DNA of 62,440 nucleotides, filler included, from Basidiobolus ranarum (lineage: Eukaryota): the NCBI GenBank assembly GCA_040143965.1. It is 20 parts of 20 records of this genome, joined end to end, with 100 filler letters (N's around TTAATTAATTAA, not from the genome) between each part and the next. Parts side by side here need not be neighbours in the genome. Positions count along the whole stretch, not along the records: positions 25,077 to 28,107 come from JASJQH010009657.1; positions 28,208 to 31,237 come from JASJQH010009658.1; positions 31,338 to 34,365 come from JASJQH010009659.1; positions 34,466 to 37,491 come from JASJQH010009660.1; positions 37,592 to 40,615 come from JASJQH010009661.1; 15 more parts are not named here. The stretch is one strand, 5' to 3'. Made by a program: the position numbers and the translations under genes. Below, in pieces: positions 25,077 through 37,847 of this stretch (positions are counted from its first letter, which is position 1; the number at the start of each line of letters is the position of its first letter). The notes beneath the pieces were generated by a model. The model did not search any database and was not told the origin of the DNA. It was given only the letters and a program-made list of their open reading frames with translations.

Positions 25077-28000
25077 AAGAGCTTATTCTCATTGTGAATG
25101 GTAACAAGAGTCAGCTGTTTGCCAAGTGTCAGTGCTATTCAAAATTTCTGATGTTTAGCAATTTTTCCACCATTAGTTTGCAGGTAGAGCACATTGATGT
25201 TGTGAGTTATATCTGATCAGTATAGCATGTGCGTATTGAGAGACTAAACACAACAGCATTCTTGTATTTTTTGATTCTCATTATGGCTGGAATACAAAGC
25301 CAAAAGTATTTAAATAAAGGTATACATATTGATTTCAATTCCTATAGCAGTAAACTCAGTAATTTGCCATTCAAAAATTATATTTTTGTTAAAATTGTCC
25401 AAAATTAAGTAATACATGCCAAATATGAGGATCAGAATTTTAACATGTGTGAAAACCATCAAAATACCATCAAGAAGCTGCCATCAAACCATCAAAATCC
25501 CTGGCAGAATGCAAGCCACTAATATTGTAATGGTTCCATGATGGCTTTGCAATCCAGAAGGGAGGTTCAATCTGGATCAAATCAAATTTATTTTTGTTGG
25601 GGTATTAAAGCTAAGTAACTTTATAAGCATTGACAAGTTGCTTCAGAAAGCTGCTTGAATAGTAACTTTGCTGCATTATTGCTTGTCAAAGACCTTTATA
25701 GCAACTTCATAGTTTTTAGTTAGGGTTGCATCAAATTGCTATGTTGTCCTGCCTGATATTCCCTGGTTGTGATGTTTCTATCCAAATTCTCTAAGGAAGA
25801 ATGCTCAATATTTGGCAAAGTATGCATTTGGGAAGTTGATGGTCTTGATGATGTATCCATCAAACTTTGCTCAACTTTTGACCCACTGTATAACTGGGGG
25901 ATTGTAATCTCTTCACTTGCACTATTGCTCAAAAAGATAAAATCTTGTAATTTGATTATTGAGTCATCATAACTTCAGTTAGTTCCCAACATGTTAATGC
26001 CTTCCAAAGTGGATATTAGATTGCTAGACTGCTCTTCAATTGAGTCCCCTGATCTTGCTGGTTCTTTTCCTTTCCTGCCTGCAGGCTTTTGCTTGAAAGC
26101 CAATTTTGATTGAGATGTTGGATGCTTTTTCATGATATGTAAATATTTGGATGGTGTCCTTGCTATAAGGTAATTGTTTAGAAACAACTTATAATAAGCC
26201 CAAAATGCCATCAATTACCATATATATATTGTAAAAGCCCAAATGAATCATCTGTTACACTCACTCAGAATCAGCTGATGATTTTGATGCAACTTTTCTC
26301 AAATACCACCCTTACATAGTGAATGATTTTTTTTCTATAATATCCTTCACATGACACAATGCAAATACATTGCTAAGCCATGCTATTATTGTCACCAATT
26401 CTTGCAATATGAAAGCCAAGGCTCTATAGGAAAAAAATCACAAGCACAGTACCTGTACAAAGCCACCAGCCACACAAGGCCTGGTGAGTATCAATAGTGA
26501 TAGGTGCACAAAAGAGACTTTAGTTTTGCCCACTGAGTCCATTGGCTGTGTTTTACCTCTAAGTTTGGGTAACACTGCAGGAAGTCAAGACATTATGCAG
26601 TAACAACAATTTTATGATTGGAATGAAGTAGTAGAAGTACAGGTTTGGTCACACCAGTAAGTCTTGAAAACTTTAAGGACATGCTGTTAAAGATTAACCT
26701 TGGTTATTCCAACACAGGTGGCAGTCTATCAGAAGATGAAGAAGTAGGCAACAGCTTTGTTGCAGATTCATTGCTATTGGTAAGCATTGGTCCACCTCTA
26801 ACACTTATAGTAAAGGAAGTAGCTTTGATTATAGAATAGTAGAGAGTTCAGCAGCATTACTATATGCTAATCTGATTAACAGTGTATCAGTAAAATCAGT
26901 GATGGATGGGAGGTACCTGTGTGAAATGTTGCTCCATAGGAAATTGTCAGCATTACTCTATACTAATTGGACTAACAATGTATCAGTAAAATCAATGATG
27001 GATGTAACATGATTGGTCAAAGAGACTTCATACTATTTCAATCATCTGACAAAGGGCTCTTTTCAATGTGCTCATGGGTTTAAATCATGCATGCCAAATA
27101 TGAGGAATAATATTTCATCATGTACAATTGCTGTCATAATACCATTACAAAGCTGCCATCTCACCATTTAAGCAGCTACATCAATCCTACAAAGATGTCA
27201 TAAAAAAATTCCAAGCAAATCCTCATTCACTAGTTAGCACCTCACAGCTCAGTTTTTCGAAAGCATGCATAGGAACACTACCCCAACAGAAACATGAGCA
27301 TTTTTTGCTATTGTACAATGAAATTTCCATTTTAACTTATCTTGGGTTAGCTGTTTGCTCACCAGCATAAAATTGTTACATTAGATTCGATTTTAAGCAA
27401 TATTTCCCTATTCCGGAGTGAAATGTGAAATTCTGGGAAAATAGTTGCACAAGTTTGACTACATTATCAGCTACCAGCACATGTCTCAAAAATGTAACCC
27501 AAATTGTACACATTTACCACTCAAATCATAATTTATCAGTTGTAAAATCCCTAGTTTTCTTGAAATGTTCTCCTGGATATTTTTATAAAGTATCTCACAC
27601 CCAAGGTTTGGGTTGCATCCAACACAAGTTTTTATTTGTGTAACCATCAAAGCACAACATTGTAGTAATGTTGCTGAATCAACATTCTTCCATTTATCTG
27701 ACATATACCCAGGAATATTCTGCTGCACTGTATTGAGTTCTGCCCTGATATCAGTATAGTCAAAAGTAGCTGAATGGCCATCCTCCTTCTATAGATACTT
27801 AATGCATACTTGAACTGTGTTTTTTCATTCATACTTAAAAACATAATTGTTAAGCACTTTTACTAATTCTTTTTATTTTGGTATGGTGACACTATCTGGT
27901 ATACCTTGTGGTGTTTGGGTGGTGTTTAGCTTGCCTTTACATTTGGGGCTAATTTCAACACTTTAAAACAAACCAGTTGAGGTTGGGGAGCCTTAAGTAT

Positions 28001-28107
28001 AATTGCACATATTTTAACTTGTTGAGAGGTGCCCGGTGGTGGATAAGCTTCAGTCTTGGGAACACTTTCCCTAACAGAATTTTGAGAATTGTTATTGTAG
28101 GAAAACT
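25077..28107. mobile_element. Rearranged family E fragments
   Basis: Subterminal block 25077-25605, accessory ORF on minus strand (about 25610-26130), divergent ORF region 26300-26840, and reverse complement of about 8030-8740 at about 27270-27990. Confidence 0.68.
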
Positions 28108-28207
28108 NNNNNNNNNNNNNNNNNNNNNNNNNNNNNNNNNNNNNNNNNNNNTTAATTAATTAANNNNNNNNNNNNNNNNNNNNNNNNNNNNNNNNNNNNN
28201 NNNNNNN

Positions 28208-28494
28208 AAGCATTTATACTTTTTGGTGGATATACAGAAAACTAACACTGGGGTTGTGTTCAGAACATCTGTGGGAGTAAAATGAGCTATCTTTGGGGCA
28301 ATTTGGACGAGTTTGAAAATTCCAATATGGAATTGCTAATTCTCACAATATTTACATATATATAATATATATTCCAATTTTCAACTAAGTGATATTTGAC
28401 TAAGTAATCTTAACTAACTTATATGTGATATATGAAATAGTTAGGTATATAAAGACAGAGATAATAAATATGATAAAGACAGTAAACTTCAACA
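28208..28494 (-). mobile_element. Copia family A LTR, partial
   Basis: Matches part of 13831-14214 and ends AAACTTCAACA at 28494. Confidence 0.85.
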
Positions 28495-28908
28495 AAGATT
28501 GGATGAAATCACCCAAAAATAGATCATTGATCCAATACCAAAGAACTCACCATAAAGCTGATGGTATTACCAATTAACTTGATGGATATCACTACCAGAA
28601 TCTGAAAAGTCAAGGTTTCTTTAAAAATACATATAATCATGCATTTGCATTGGCTCCGGATGGTTTCACACTAAACAAATATACTGTTGGAAAGGCTTGC
28701 TGGCCAATAATTTTAATTGACTTAAATCTTCCTCCTTCTGAATGGTATAAGATTCATAAATATTGATACTATGCATCTTATCTGGACCTAAATCACCAGT
28801 TCTCATAGATAGCTTCTTGGAGCCTTTGATTCTGGAATTTGAATGGTTATATAATGGGGCTCTGATGGGTGCATATTTTATTAAAGCTAATATCATTGTA
28901 TGTATTGG
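28495..28908 (+). pseudogene. CACTA/EnSpm (tnp2-type) transposase fragment
   Basis: LDGYHYQNLKSQGFFKNTYNHAFALAPDGF...CWPIILIDLNLPPSEWYK, frameshift, ILCILSGPKSPVLIDSFLEPLILEFEWLYNG: the DGF / WP / NLPP / GPKxP / DSFLEPL motif series of tnp2. Confidence 0.8.
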
Positions 28909-29438
28909 TGTCACAATAAGGAACTGGACAAGCACTGGAAACATCAACAAGAGGCAAGAAGGCAGGAGAGTACTTGGGTGTAGACCATAAGACAAGACAA
29001 GACTGGACAAGGAAGATACTTTGGCAAGAATCTTTATTTATAACTGGCATTGATCAGATTGTGGTCTGATCAAGGAATACATGGGGCTTATATAGATATT
29101 GCAAGGTGAAACATAATATTCTTAATAGTAAATATACTGTGGCAAGTTCAAGAGTGGGGGTGTTGGGGGCTATAAGGACCAATACAAAGAGTGATGATGT
29201 AAGGATGATTGGGTGACCTTCCATGGCAGGTCTTGGCAGAAATACACTATGTGTGGGATGAAATCATTGGTTGGGTTTCATGGAATATTCCAAAGAACAT
29301 GACTTCCATGTAAGATAAACTGGACAAACAAACACAAGATTGCCAAGAAGAGATGGCACAGCCAATGTGATGTCATAATCTCATAATAGAGGAGTTCTAT
29401 TTGTAGTGGATCAGTAAGCCAAGATCAGAATCATGACA
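28909..29438 (-). mobile_element. Ty3/gypsy family B LTR
   Basis: TGTCA...TGACA termini, homologous to 46149-46694 and 41859-42779. No matching TSD. Confidence 0.85.
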
Positions 29439-29810
29439 TGTAGTGAATTTGAAGCTGTTTTACATTCTGACAAATTGAATCTATTTAAAAAATCTTCAAT
29501 TTAGTTTTCTTGTGTAATACAGAGTGCTACAATAGTGGAATTTTTGATGTATCCTCATTCCCAGATAACATGCTAGTGATCCAAGATCTTGCATTTCAAA
29601 CTTGGTAGATAGCCAGGTCTAGCTTTATTTCATCAGATTTGAGTATTTACTAACTATTATATTAGCATCAACATTGAGAGCAATTATGACTTTGGTGGCT
29701 TTGATAGTCTTGAAGTATATGCAGTGATCAGCTTTGCTATGATGGAAATGATGTTTCATGAAGCTCTGATTGATTTTGGTATTCCATGCACAAGGAGAGA
29801 GATTTGGCCA
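29439..29810 (-). mobile_element. Copia reverse transcriptase fragment
   Basis: SPCAWNTKI...HSKADHCIYF...IIALNVDA...EMQDLG. Confidence 0.7.
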
Positions 29811-30055
29811 ATATTAGTATTCTAACTTTCAATGATGTGACATTGATCTTGCCATCTCCACTGTGGTCCTATTAGTGTGCCCATCAACTCCATTTTTCTG
29901 TGGACTATAAGGTACAGTAATTTGTTTCTTAAATCCATGTAGTGCTCAAAAACAAGCATTTGAGCAGCTTTCTCAATTACTATCAGTGCTTTGTTCCCAC
30001 TTTTGTTTTGCTAATGCTTTCTCTACCATTACTTTTAAGTGCTTGAACAAAGTTG

Positions 30056-30407
30056 TGTTGAAATTAGGTATATAGGAACTCATTATTTTGTAGTTAGTTG
30101 ATTCATATTCAGATAACTTAGCACTCAATTCTGCCATTTAGAAATGTGTGTTTATTGCTCTAATTCAAAAAAATATCAACTAGATGACTTTTACCAGTTT
30201 TCACTATTTTTGAAAAACTTCTCTATATCACGTTAAATTTTCACCCGTAGTTTACATGCATGTTTGCTATGATCTAGGTGCATTCAAGACCTCTATTTGA
30301 TAGTTAACTCTAAACAGGACATATTTAATTCAACAAAACATTACTCCCTAATTCACAAATCCAAATCTTGTCCAAAACACTTCCAAGTCCCCTAAACACT
30401 TTTATCA
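30056..30407 (+). mobile_element. Copia family C LTR
   Basis: TGTTGAAATTAGG...TTTTATCA, homologous to 51469-51821. Confidence 0.85.
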
Positions 30408-30888
30408 GCACTGACACTTGGTAAATAGCTGACTCTTGTTACCATTTGCAACAAGAAAAACCCCTGGATTTTGGCAAATTTCCATAAAGAGTTTGGCCAA
30501 AATATCCCCAAGTGGCAGTCAACAAATGCCCTGCCACAAGTAGATGTGTCATTGCTTGAATAGATTACCCCTTGGTTAAAACAATAATGTTGCATATGTT
30601 GATCAATCACACCAAGAAGTCAGTCTTGCCACTTTCCTAAAAATACCTTCAGATAATCACACAAACAAACTAGTCTGAATTATAGAGATGCATACTCTAT
30701 GTCCATGGATTGGACTTTGTTGTGGTTATTGTGCTCAAACAATGCAAAAACCTATGAGCACATTGAAAACAGCCCTTTGTTGGAAGGTTATTATACTATG
30801 GTGTTTCCTTAACCCATCACACTATATCCATCACTGATTTTGCTGATACATTGTTAAACAGATTGGCATACAGTAATACTGACAATTT

Positions 30889-31237
30889 TGATAAAAGTGT
30901 TTAGGGGATTTGGAAGTGTTTTGGACAAGATTTGGATTTGTGAATTAGACACTTAAGTTTTGTTGAATTGAATATGTCCTATTTATAGTTTACTATGAAA
31001 TAGGACTATTGGATGTACTTAGATCGTAACAAACATGCCTGTTAAGCAAGGGTGAAAATTTGAGGTGATTTGGAGAAGTTTTGAGAAAATAGTGAAAATT
31101 GGTAAAAGTGATCTAATTGATATTTCTATCAATTAGAGCAATTAACACATGTTTTTGAATGACAGAATTAAGTACTAAATAATCTGAATATGAATAAACT
31201 AACTACTGAATAATGAGTTGCTATTTACCTAATTTCA
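30889..31237 (-). mobile_element. Copia family C LTR (inverted, clipped by contig end)
   Basis: Reverse complement of 30056-30407. Confidence 0.85.
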
Positions 31238-34149
31238 NNNNNNNNNNNNNNNNNNNNNNNNNNNNNNNNNNNNNNNNNNNNTTAATTAATTAANNNNNNN
31301 NNNNNNNNNNNNNNNNNNNNNNNNNNNNNNNNNNNNNTACTATAGAGCCTTCGATTCATCAATTAGATGTGGAGATCCTCTCTACTTGTGGCTTTAGCAG
31401 GTGCAAGTATGATTAGCTATACCCGCATTGTCGATATAAGCGAGAGGAGATGAATGTAAGAGTGCTACACAAGATAAAGGTGCATATATATACATCTTTC
31501 TGTAGTACCGCTTGAATTTCAAACCACAACTATAACTCTGGGATTTAGTTTTGCCAGTCATATTCCAACATCCATCTAGTCCGAGCTGGAGTTACTTCTG
31601 TTATTCAATCTACTACTCAGTAGCCGTAGTCCTGACCCGTGCGATACCTTGCCATTTGGAATTAACCATGGGATGTATTAAGTATATGTGATTATGATAT
31701 TTGATACTAACATCGTCAAAGAGATGTGGGTATATGATGGCTTTGCTTAAATTGCCCAGCACCCATGATAGTCCATGAACACAGCTAAATGTGTCATACT
31801 TACAATCATGGTGGTCTTCATCTTTTGTATAGCAAAATATTTCAATAAACAAAATGTACAAGATATAGTTGATCATTTTTTTAAATGTATCATTAGAGCA
31901 AAGTAAAATATATTAAGCAAGGAAAGCCAAACTTTCAAAGATAATGAAATTTCTTTCACAAAGCTTCTTTTACTTGCGTAAAAATACCAATATTTTAATA
32001 CACTTGCCATCTTGATATTGATAGGAGTTTTTCAATATTTTGCCAAACTTGTTTTTCTGTTACATAGATCAATAGTAGCAGTATATGTAAATGTCAAATA
32101 CTATTGAATATAGATTGATGTACAGAATACAGATAAGCCTATTACTATGCTTGAACAAAGTTTGACATGTTGCAAATATCTGGGATAATGCATTAGTACA
32201 AAATAAGTATCAGCAAGTTAGCATCTTTGATCAGGATAGAAATCTTACAACACAAACCACTTCTCTGCCAAAAATCTTACTAATATTACCATCATTGCAG
32301 GATCAAGATTACCTAAAAATATATGCAACATTTGGGATCAGCATTGCCAATACCAGCAAGTTAAATCTTGCAAATAACTGGTTTCCCAGCTTTGACTATT
32401 AGAGTACACATTGCTTTAATAGAGAATTTAATGATCAGTACACATATATATGGAACTATTATACCATTTATTTGATGAATTCTGGCTTCTTGTTAATAAA
32501 TACACAAATCACATAGATGATAGAAATAAAGAGATCCAACAAAGAACCTTCATTAAAATTTCTTAAGAAGTGCAGATACAATCCATATACCTGCTAACAA
32601 TATTTTTCTTTTACTGGCTCCATTAATATTTTCTAGAAAATCTGTTTTCTACTTTTAGCTGAATGACAAAGCTGAAAGAACTCTTTGCCAGTATGAAAGT
32701 AATATATTTAGTTATCTGAGTATCTGAGAAGAAAATAATGATCATTAGAAAGATTGACACTCAAATCATGCTATGTCAAGAGCAGCCAGCAGTCCTGATA
32801 TCTTGAAGTGATCAATAGCAATGTAAGCATAGTGTACGTAAGTATCAGTAAGCAATTGTTTATGCCAATATCCTAGAAATAAGGAAACAGAACACTGGAG
32901 ACAATCATTAGAGTCACAAGATACCCAGAAAATGTATACAAAGTCAAAGGAAATGGCTGATCATATTCACATATTCAAAATATTTGACTAATCTTAGATC
33001 AGTTGTAGACAACTTCCTGTTAACTGTTAGTTTCATTATTATTAATAACTCTTTATTCACTGACATCTATTATCACACTAAATATTATTTCAAAATCTAT
33101 TTTGTCATAACCAGTGCCTCTTTGATATAAAGACTTAATATAACATGACCCTTTGTGCTGCTCATGGACAAAGTTGTAAATTGAGCAAATTTGATGTCCA
33201 TTGGGAAGGTAGTCAGCATGGCCTATGTATAATAAAACAGAATCATTTACTTCACAAGGTCTGTCACTCTTTCTTTGTTAATTTAATACTCAGAGCTCAA
33301 GTACTCTCTCAGATCCTACTGAAAGCAAAATGACTATTTCTTAAATGTAATATAGTGTTATGATATACATTATTGAAGGTTTTGATGTCAACCAGGATTG
33401 ATAGCCAAGTATTCCTCATTGACTCATAATTTGTATCATTCTAAGCAGATAGATCTCCTCATTGGGTTAAAATCATGAATGATAAAGTCAAATGATTTTA
33501 AAAAAGAGCAGAGATACATGAGTTTACCAAGCATTGTTTCTGAGTCAGGAACTTTGGCTAACTTGCTTTGATATCAATAATATGTTTGTATCAATGCATA
33601 TGGATTATTAACTTTTCAATATTAGCCAAACACTCTATAATACAATGCATTGCTGCTCATTACAGTACAAAGTAAGATAGGACTTTGTTCTAGAAAGACA
33701 ACACCTTTCTGAAGTAGCACATTATGCTCAGCCAAGCATAAAATTTGGAGTATATGGAGTAATCCACTTCCAGTTACTAATACCTATACTTTTACAGATT
33801 TGATTTATAGTTCATGGTTTATACTACATATATTAAATGCTTTTGTGATCATGTAAGCCTATTTCAAAGGAAGTTGTAGCAATATCAATTGCTGCTTTAT
33901 CAAGCATATAGCCATGATGGTACCCAAGTGCTACTAAGACTGTCTAGCCAGGAGAGTTGCTTTCTTTGCTTAGGTAAGTGATAATCAAACCAATTAATTA
34001 AATCACAGGAGAGTGAATTCATACAACAACTGGCTAACAACTGGTAATGCTTGATATATATGAGTTTTCCTTGTCTTTAATATCCAATCTTGGAAATAGA
34101 GAGCTTCAGCAGATTGATTATTGTTTATATGCTAAGCTTATGTGCTATT

Positions 34150-34365
34150 TGTTGAAATAATTTAGGGGGAAATATTGGTCTGGCCAGGAATTGAACCTGG
34201 GACCTCCTTCACTCTAGCAAGGTGCTCTAACCACTGAGCTACCAGTCCTTGTATGCTATGCGTATATTGCTAGGGAACCTTAACCTAGTCTGTCAATGTA
34301 TGGTACTTTGGCATTTCAGCTATACAAGCAACTGATTGGCCTTAGACTTTGTGTTCAGATGCAGT
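34150..34365 (-). mobile_element. tRNA-bearing LTR, partial copy (contig end)
   Basis: Nearly identical and colinear with 35450-35665. Begins TGTTGAAA on plus strand. Confidence 0.88.
34176..34248 (-). tRNA. tRNA-like cassette inside LTR
   Basis: Same 73-nt cloverleaf as 12596-12668 with A and B boxes (GGTTCAATTCC). Confidence 0.72.
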
Positions 34366-34465
34366 NNNNNNNNNNNNNNNNNNNNNNNNNNNNNNNNNNN
34401 NNNNNNNNNTTAATTAATTAANNNNNNNNNNNNNNNNNNNNNNNNNNNNNNNNNNNNNNNNNNNN

Positions 34466-35301
34466 GTTTCAAAAATGGTAAATAACATCGTGCCGGATAG
34501 TGCCCAATCATGCCAATTTGTGCTGGCACACTTTTTAGCTGGCCTGATCTGGCTCAATAAAATGGAACAAGTCTAACAATCCTGAAATTTTTGTTAGGGC
34601 TACTGGTGGCAGGACATTGATTGACTGCACATCATGGCTATTTTGGCAGAATTCTTTATGGTAATTTGCTAAGGTTCAAGAGCTTATTCTCATCCTGAGT
34701 GGAAGCAAGAGTCAGCTATTTGCCAAGTGTTAGTGCTATTCAAAATTTCAAATATTTAGCAATTTCTTGACTGTTAGTTTGCTAAAAAGCATATTGATAT
34801 TGTTGAGTTATGTCTGATTAGTCAAGTGTGTGCACAAGTACAGACTAAACACAACAAGATTCTTGTATTTTTTGATTCTAATTATGGCTGAAATATAAAG
34901 CTTAAAATTTCTAAATCAAGGCATGCATATTAATTTGAATACCTATAGCAGCAAACTCAGTAATTTGCTACTTGAACATTAGTTTTTTGCAAAAATCATT
35001 GGAAATTAAATAATGGATGCCAAATATGAGGATCAATATTTTACCCTCTAAGAATACTGTCAAAATATTATTAAGAAGCCACCATCTCAGCATCAAACTC
35101 CTGGATGCAATACAAGTCACCAATATTGTGGCAGTTCTCTGATGGTTGTGGAATCCAGAAGGGTGGATCAGATCCAGATCAAATTGTTTTTATTTTTGTT
35201 AGAGTAAATAACTTTGTTCCAGAGAGTGCCAAATCATGCCAATTTGTGCTTGCATAATTTTTGGCTTTCATGATCTGGCCCAACAAAATGGAACAAGTCT
35301 G
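34466..35301 (+). mobile_element. Family E subterminal region with two copies of a putative terminus
   Basis: Shared block, and TGGAACAAGTCT(A/G) at 34563-34575 and 35289-35301, after which similarity stops. Confidence 0.65.
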
Positions 35302-35449
35302 CTAAATAATGTTACTCTATTCACCTAATTTCAACTATTAATAATCTAGTTAGTGCATTGGGATCTAGGTACATCATAATGGGATGACATAGTAATTGGA
35401 CAAGACTTCCTGTGCCAGAAAAGCAATTAGCTGATACACATTGAGATGG

Positions 35450-35731
35450 TGTTGAAATTATTTAGGGAGAAATATTGATCTGGCCAGGATTTGAACCTGG
35501 GACCTCCTTCACTCTAGCAAGGTGCTCTAACCACTGAGCTACCAGTCCTTGTATGCTATGCCTATATTGCTAGGGAACCTTAACCTAGTCTGTCAAAGTA
35601 TGGTACTTTGGCATTTCAGCTTTGCAAGCAACTGATTGGCCTTAGACTTTGTGTTCAGATGCAGTCACCATACTCCATATTTTCCTCTTTTGGAATTACT
35701 GCTTGTCTCACAAGTTACCATACTTTCAACA
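35450..35731 (-). mobile_element. Complete 282-bp solo LTR carrying a tRNA-like cassette
   Basis: TGTTGAAA...TTTCAACA 8-bp inverted termini and perfect TSD GATGG (35445-35449 / 35732-35736). Confidence 0.92.
35476..35548 (-). tRNA. tRNA-like cassette inside LTR
   Basis: 73-nt cloverleaf with A box and B box, ending 26 bp from the LTR terminus. Confidence 0.72.
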
Positions 35732-36177
35732 GATGGCACATTCAAGATGACCATGTGAACAACTAAGAGGGAAAGGATATGATCATACAACCTTTGATGG
35801 AATATGATAAAAACACTCACCATGTGAGCTATTATGGCTAAAAATTGGAATAACATCTGTCTACTGACTACTACTGATGGATATCTACATACCTCCTGGT
35901 GGCTTGGACTGAGATAATTGACTCATGGATAAAACTAATATAAACCTAGTGCCAATACAGTGATTGTACTGCATCTTGCATAGCTCAACTAATACTTAGG
36001 CTGCTAATCATAACACATGACAGATATATCCTTGAGACACTTGTGGAGCAAATTAGTATATACAAAAGCATTCAGAGGCTGTCATACTCTGGCAAGTAAA
36101 GAGCTAATTATGTTATGTTCCATTCTTTGACTAATTTCAAAGGAAACTAAACTAGGTATATTGGGCTACATGCAAGA

Positions 36178-37150
36178 AGGCAAGAATCTTTATTGATAAC
36201 AGGTGTTGATCAGACTGAGGTCTGATCAAGGAAAACAGGGAGCTTATATTGATATTGCAGGGTGGAACATAATATACTGAATAGGAAATATGCTGTTGAG
36301 AAGTTCAAGTGTTGGGGTGTTGAGACTACATGGACCAATACAAAGGGGGATGATATAAGGATAATCAGGTAACATTCTATGGAAGGTCTTGGTGTAAATA
36401 TACTATTTGTGGGATGGTATGCTTGGTTAGGTTTCATGGCAGACTCCAAAGAACATGACTTCCATATAAGGTAACATTGATGAACTGGCACAAAAATACC
36501 AAGAGGGTTTTTAAATGCTTGATATTTGAAGTTCCATATATGCTCTAAGCATTTGTGCCACAAAGTTAGCTCCTCTGTCCAACAGAATCACAGCAGGGAA
36601 TCCAAATTTCATCAAACTTTAGTGTTATGTGAAAATTGCAATTTCTTCTTTGCTGGAAATTGGTACTGCTTTGGTAATGTGCCACTCAGTTAGATAGTCA
36701 AAGGCAAGAAGAATCCATTAGTTGCTTCCTGCTATAGTGCATTATTTCCCAATGAAAGCAATCCCCCATCTTTCAAATGGTCCAGTTGGCTCCAAATGTA
36801 ATAATCCTGCATGTCTAGGGGTTTGACTCTGATTATTTTGACAACAAGGGAAAATCTTGACTAGTTTCTCTATGTCACTTTAAATTTTAGGCCACCAGGC
36901 TCTGCCAAGAGTTCCTTCAATTCCTAGATGTCCATAGCAATTACAGAGCTAATGAAATAAGTGCAACTGATTGAATAGGGGCAGTAAGGTATTGCCTGGT
37001 CATCAACAAGATGGTTGAGAGCTTCTTTGTTGACTACAAATTTCTTTATTGCCTGACAAACTAATTTTGTATTTCCTCCCTAGCTGTTTATGGGAATGTT
37101 TAGTCCTCCAAGAATTTTGTTACTAGTCTAGGCCAATCTGATTCTTCAAC
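36178..37150 (-). mobile_element. Family B LTR fragment (about 36178-36505) abutting a decayed Ty3/gypsy integrase
   Basis: Minus strand: GHLGIEG...AWWPKIKSDI...PTGPFERWGIAFIG...AFDYLTEW...KFGFPAVILLDRGANF. Confidence 0.75.
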
Positions 37151-37706
37151 AATATTGCTTTACCTACAAATTAATATTTGTACTTCTGCACCTATTTTGA
37201 ATCCAAATTTGCATCTAAGAAGAAAAGTTTTTAAAAAATTATTTCATGCATTTAAGATTTTAAATTGGCTTATCCCAGTTTAACAACTTAGGGTCCAAAA
37301 CTAAAACGTTTAAAATATATTTTTATCCATCTGAAAAAATAATTTGGTTTATTCTAGTTCAACAACTTATAAAAATATACAATCTGTATTTTTAAAAAAT
37401 AATTTAAATATAATAAATGGGGATATGAGAAAATTTTATTTTTGACACTTTCTTCTAACATTTTTTCAAGATCCTTTTTTACAACAAAACTNNNNNNNNN
37501 NNNNNNNNNNNNNNNNNNNNNNNNNNNNNNNNNNNTTAATTAATTAANNNNNNNNNNNNNNNNNNNNNNNNNNNNNNNNNNNNNNNNNNNNTACGTTTTT
37601 GCAGATTGAAGGAACCTCTCTCCACCACCGGGTATAAAAGAAAGGGTATCTCGTCAGCTAGCAGCAGTCGACCAACGAAAAAAGCAAATAATCCTGTGTT
37701 GTTATT

Positions 37707-37847
37707 GCAACACTAAACATTTGATAGAGTAAGTTTCTTTTGCCAGGTGTCTGAGCTTTTCTCCAATTTTTTGCGATCATCCCATTTATTTTATGAAATG
37801 TCTAATTGATTTCTTTAATTCCCTCATTTTAGATTAAAACACTGTAT
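37707..37847. repeat. Direct repeat of about 140 bp, copy 1 (3' flank of the HAD gene)
   Basis: GCAACACTAAACATT...GATTAAAACACTGTAT, near-identical to 38740-38883. Confidence 0.9.
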
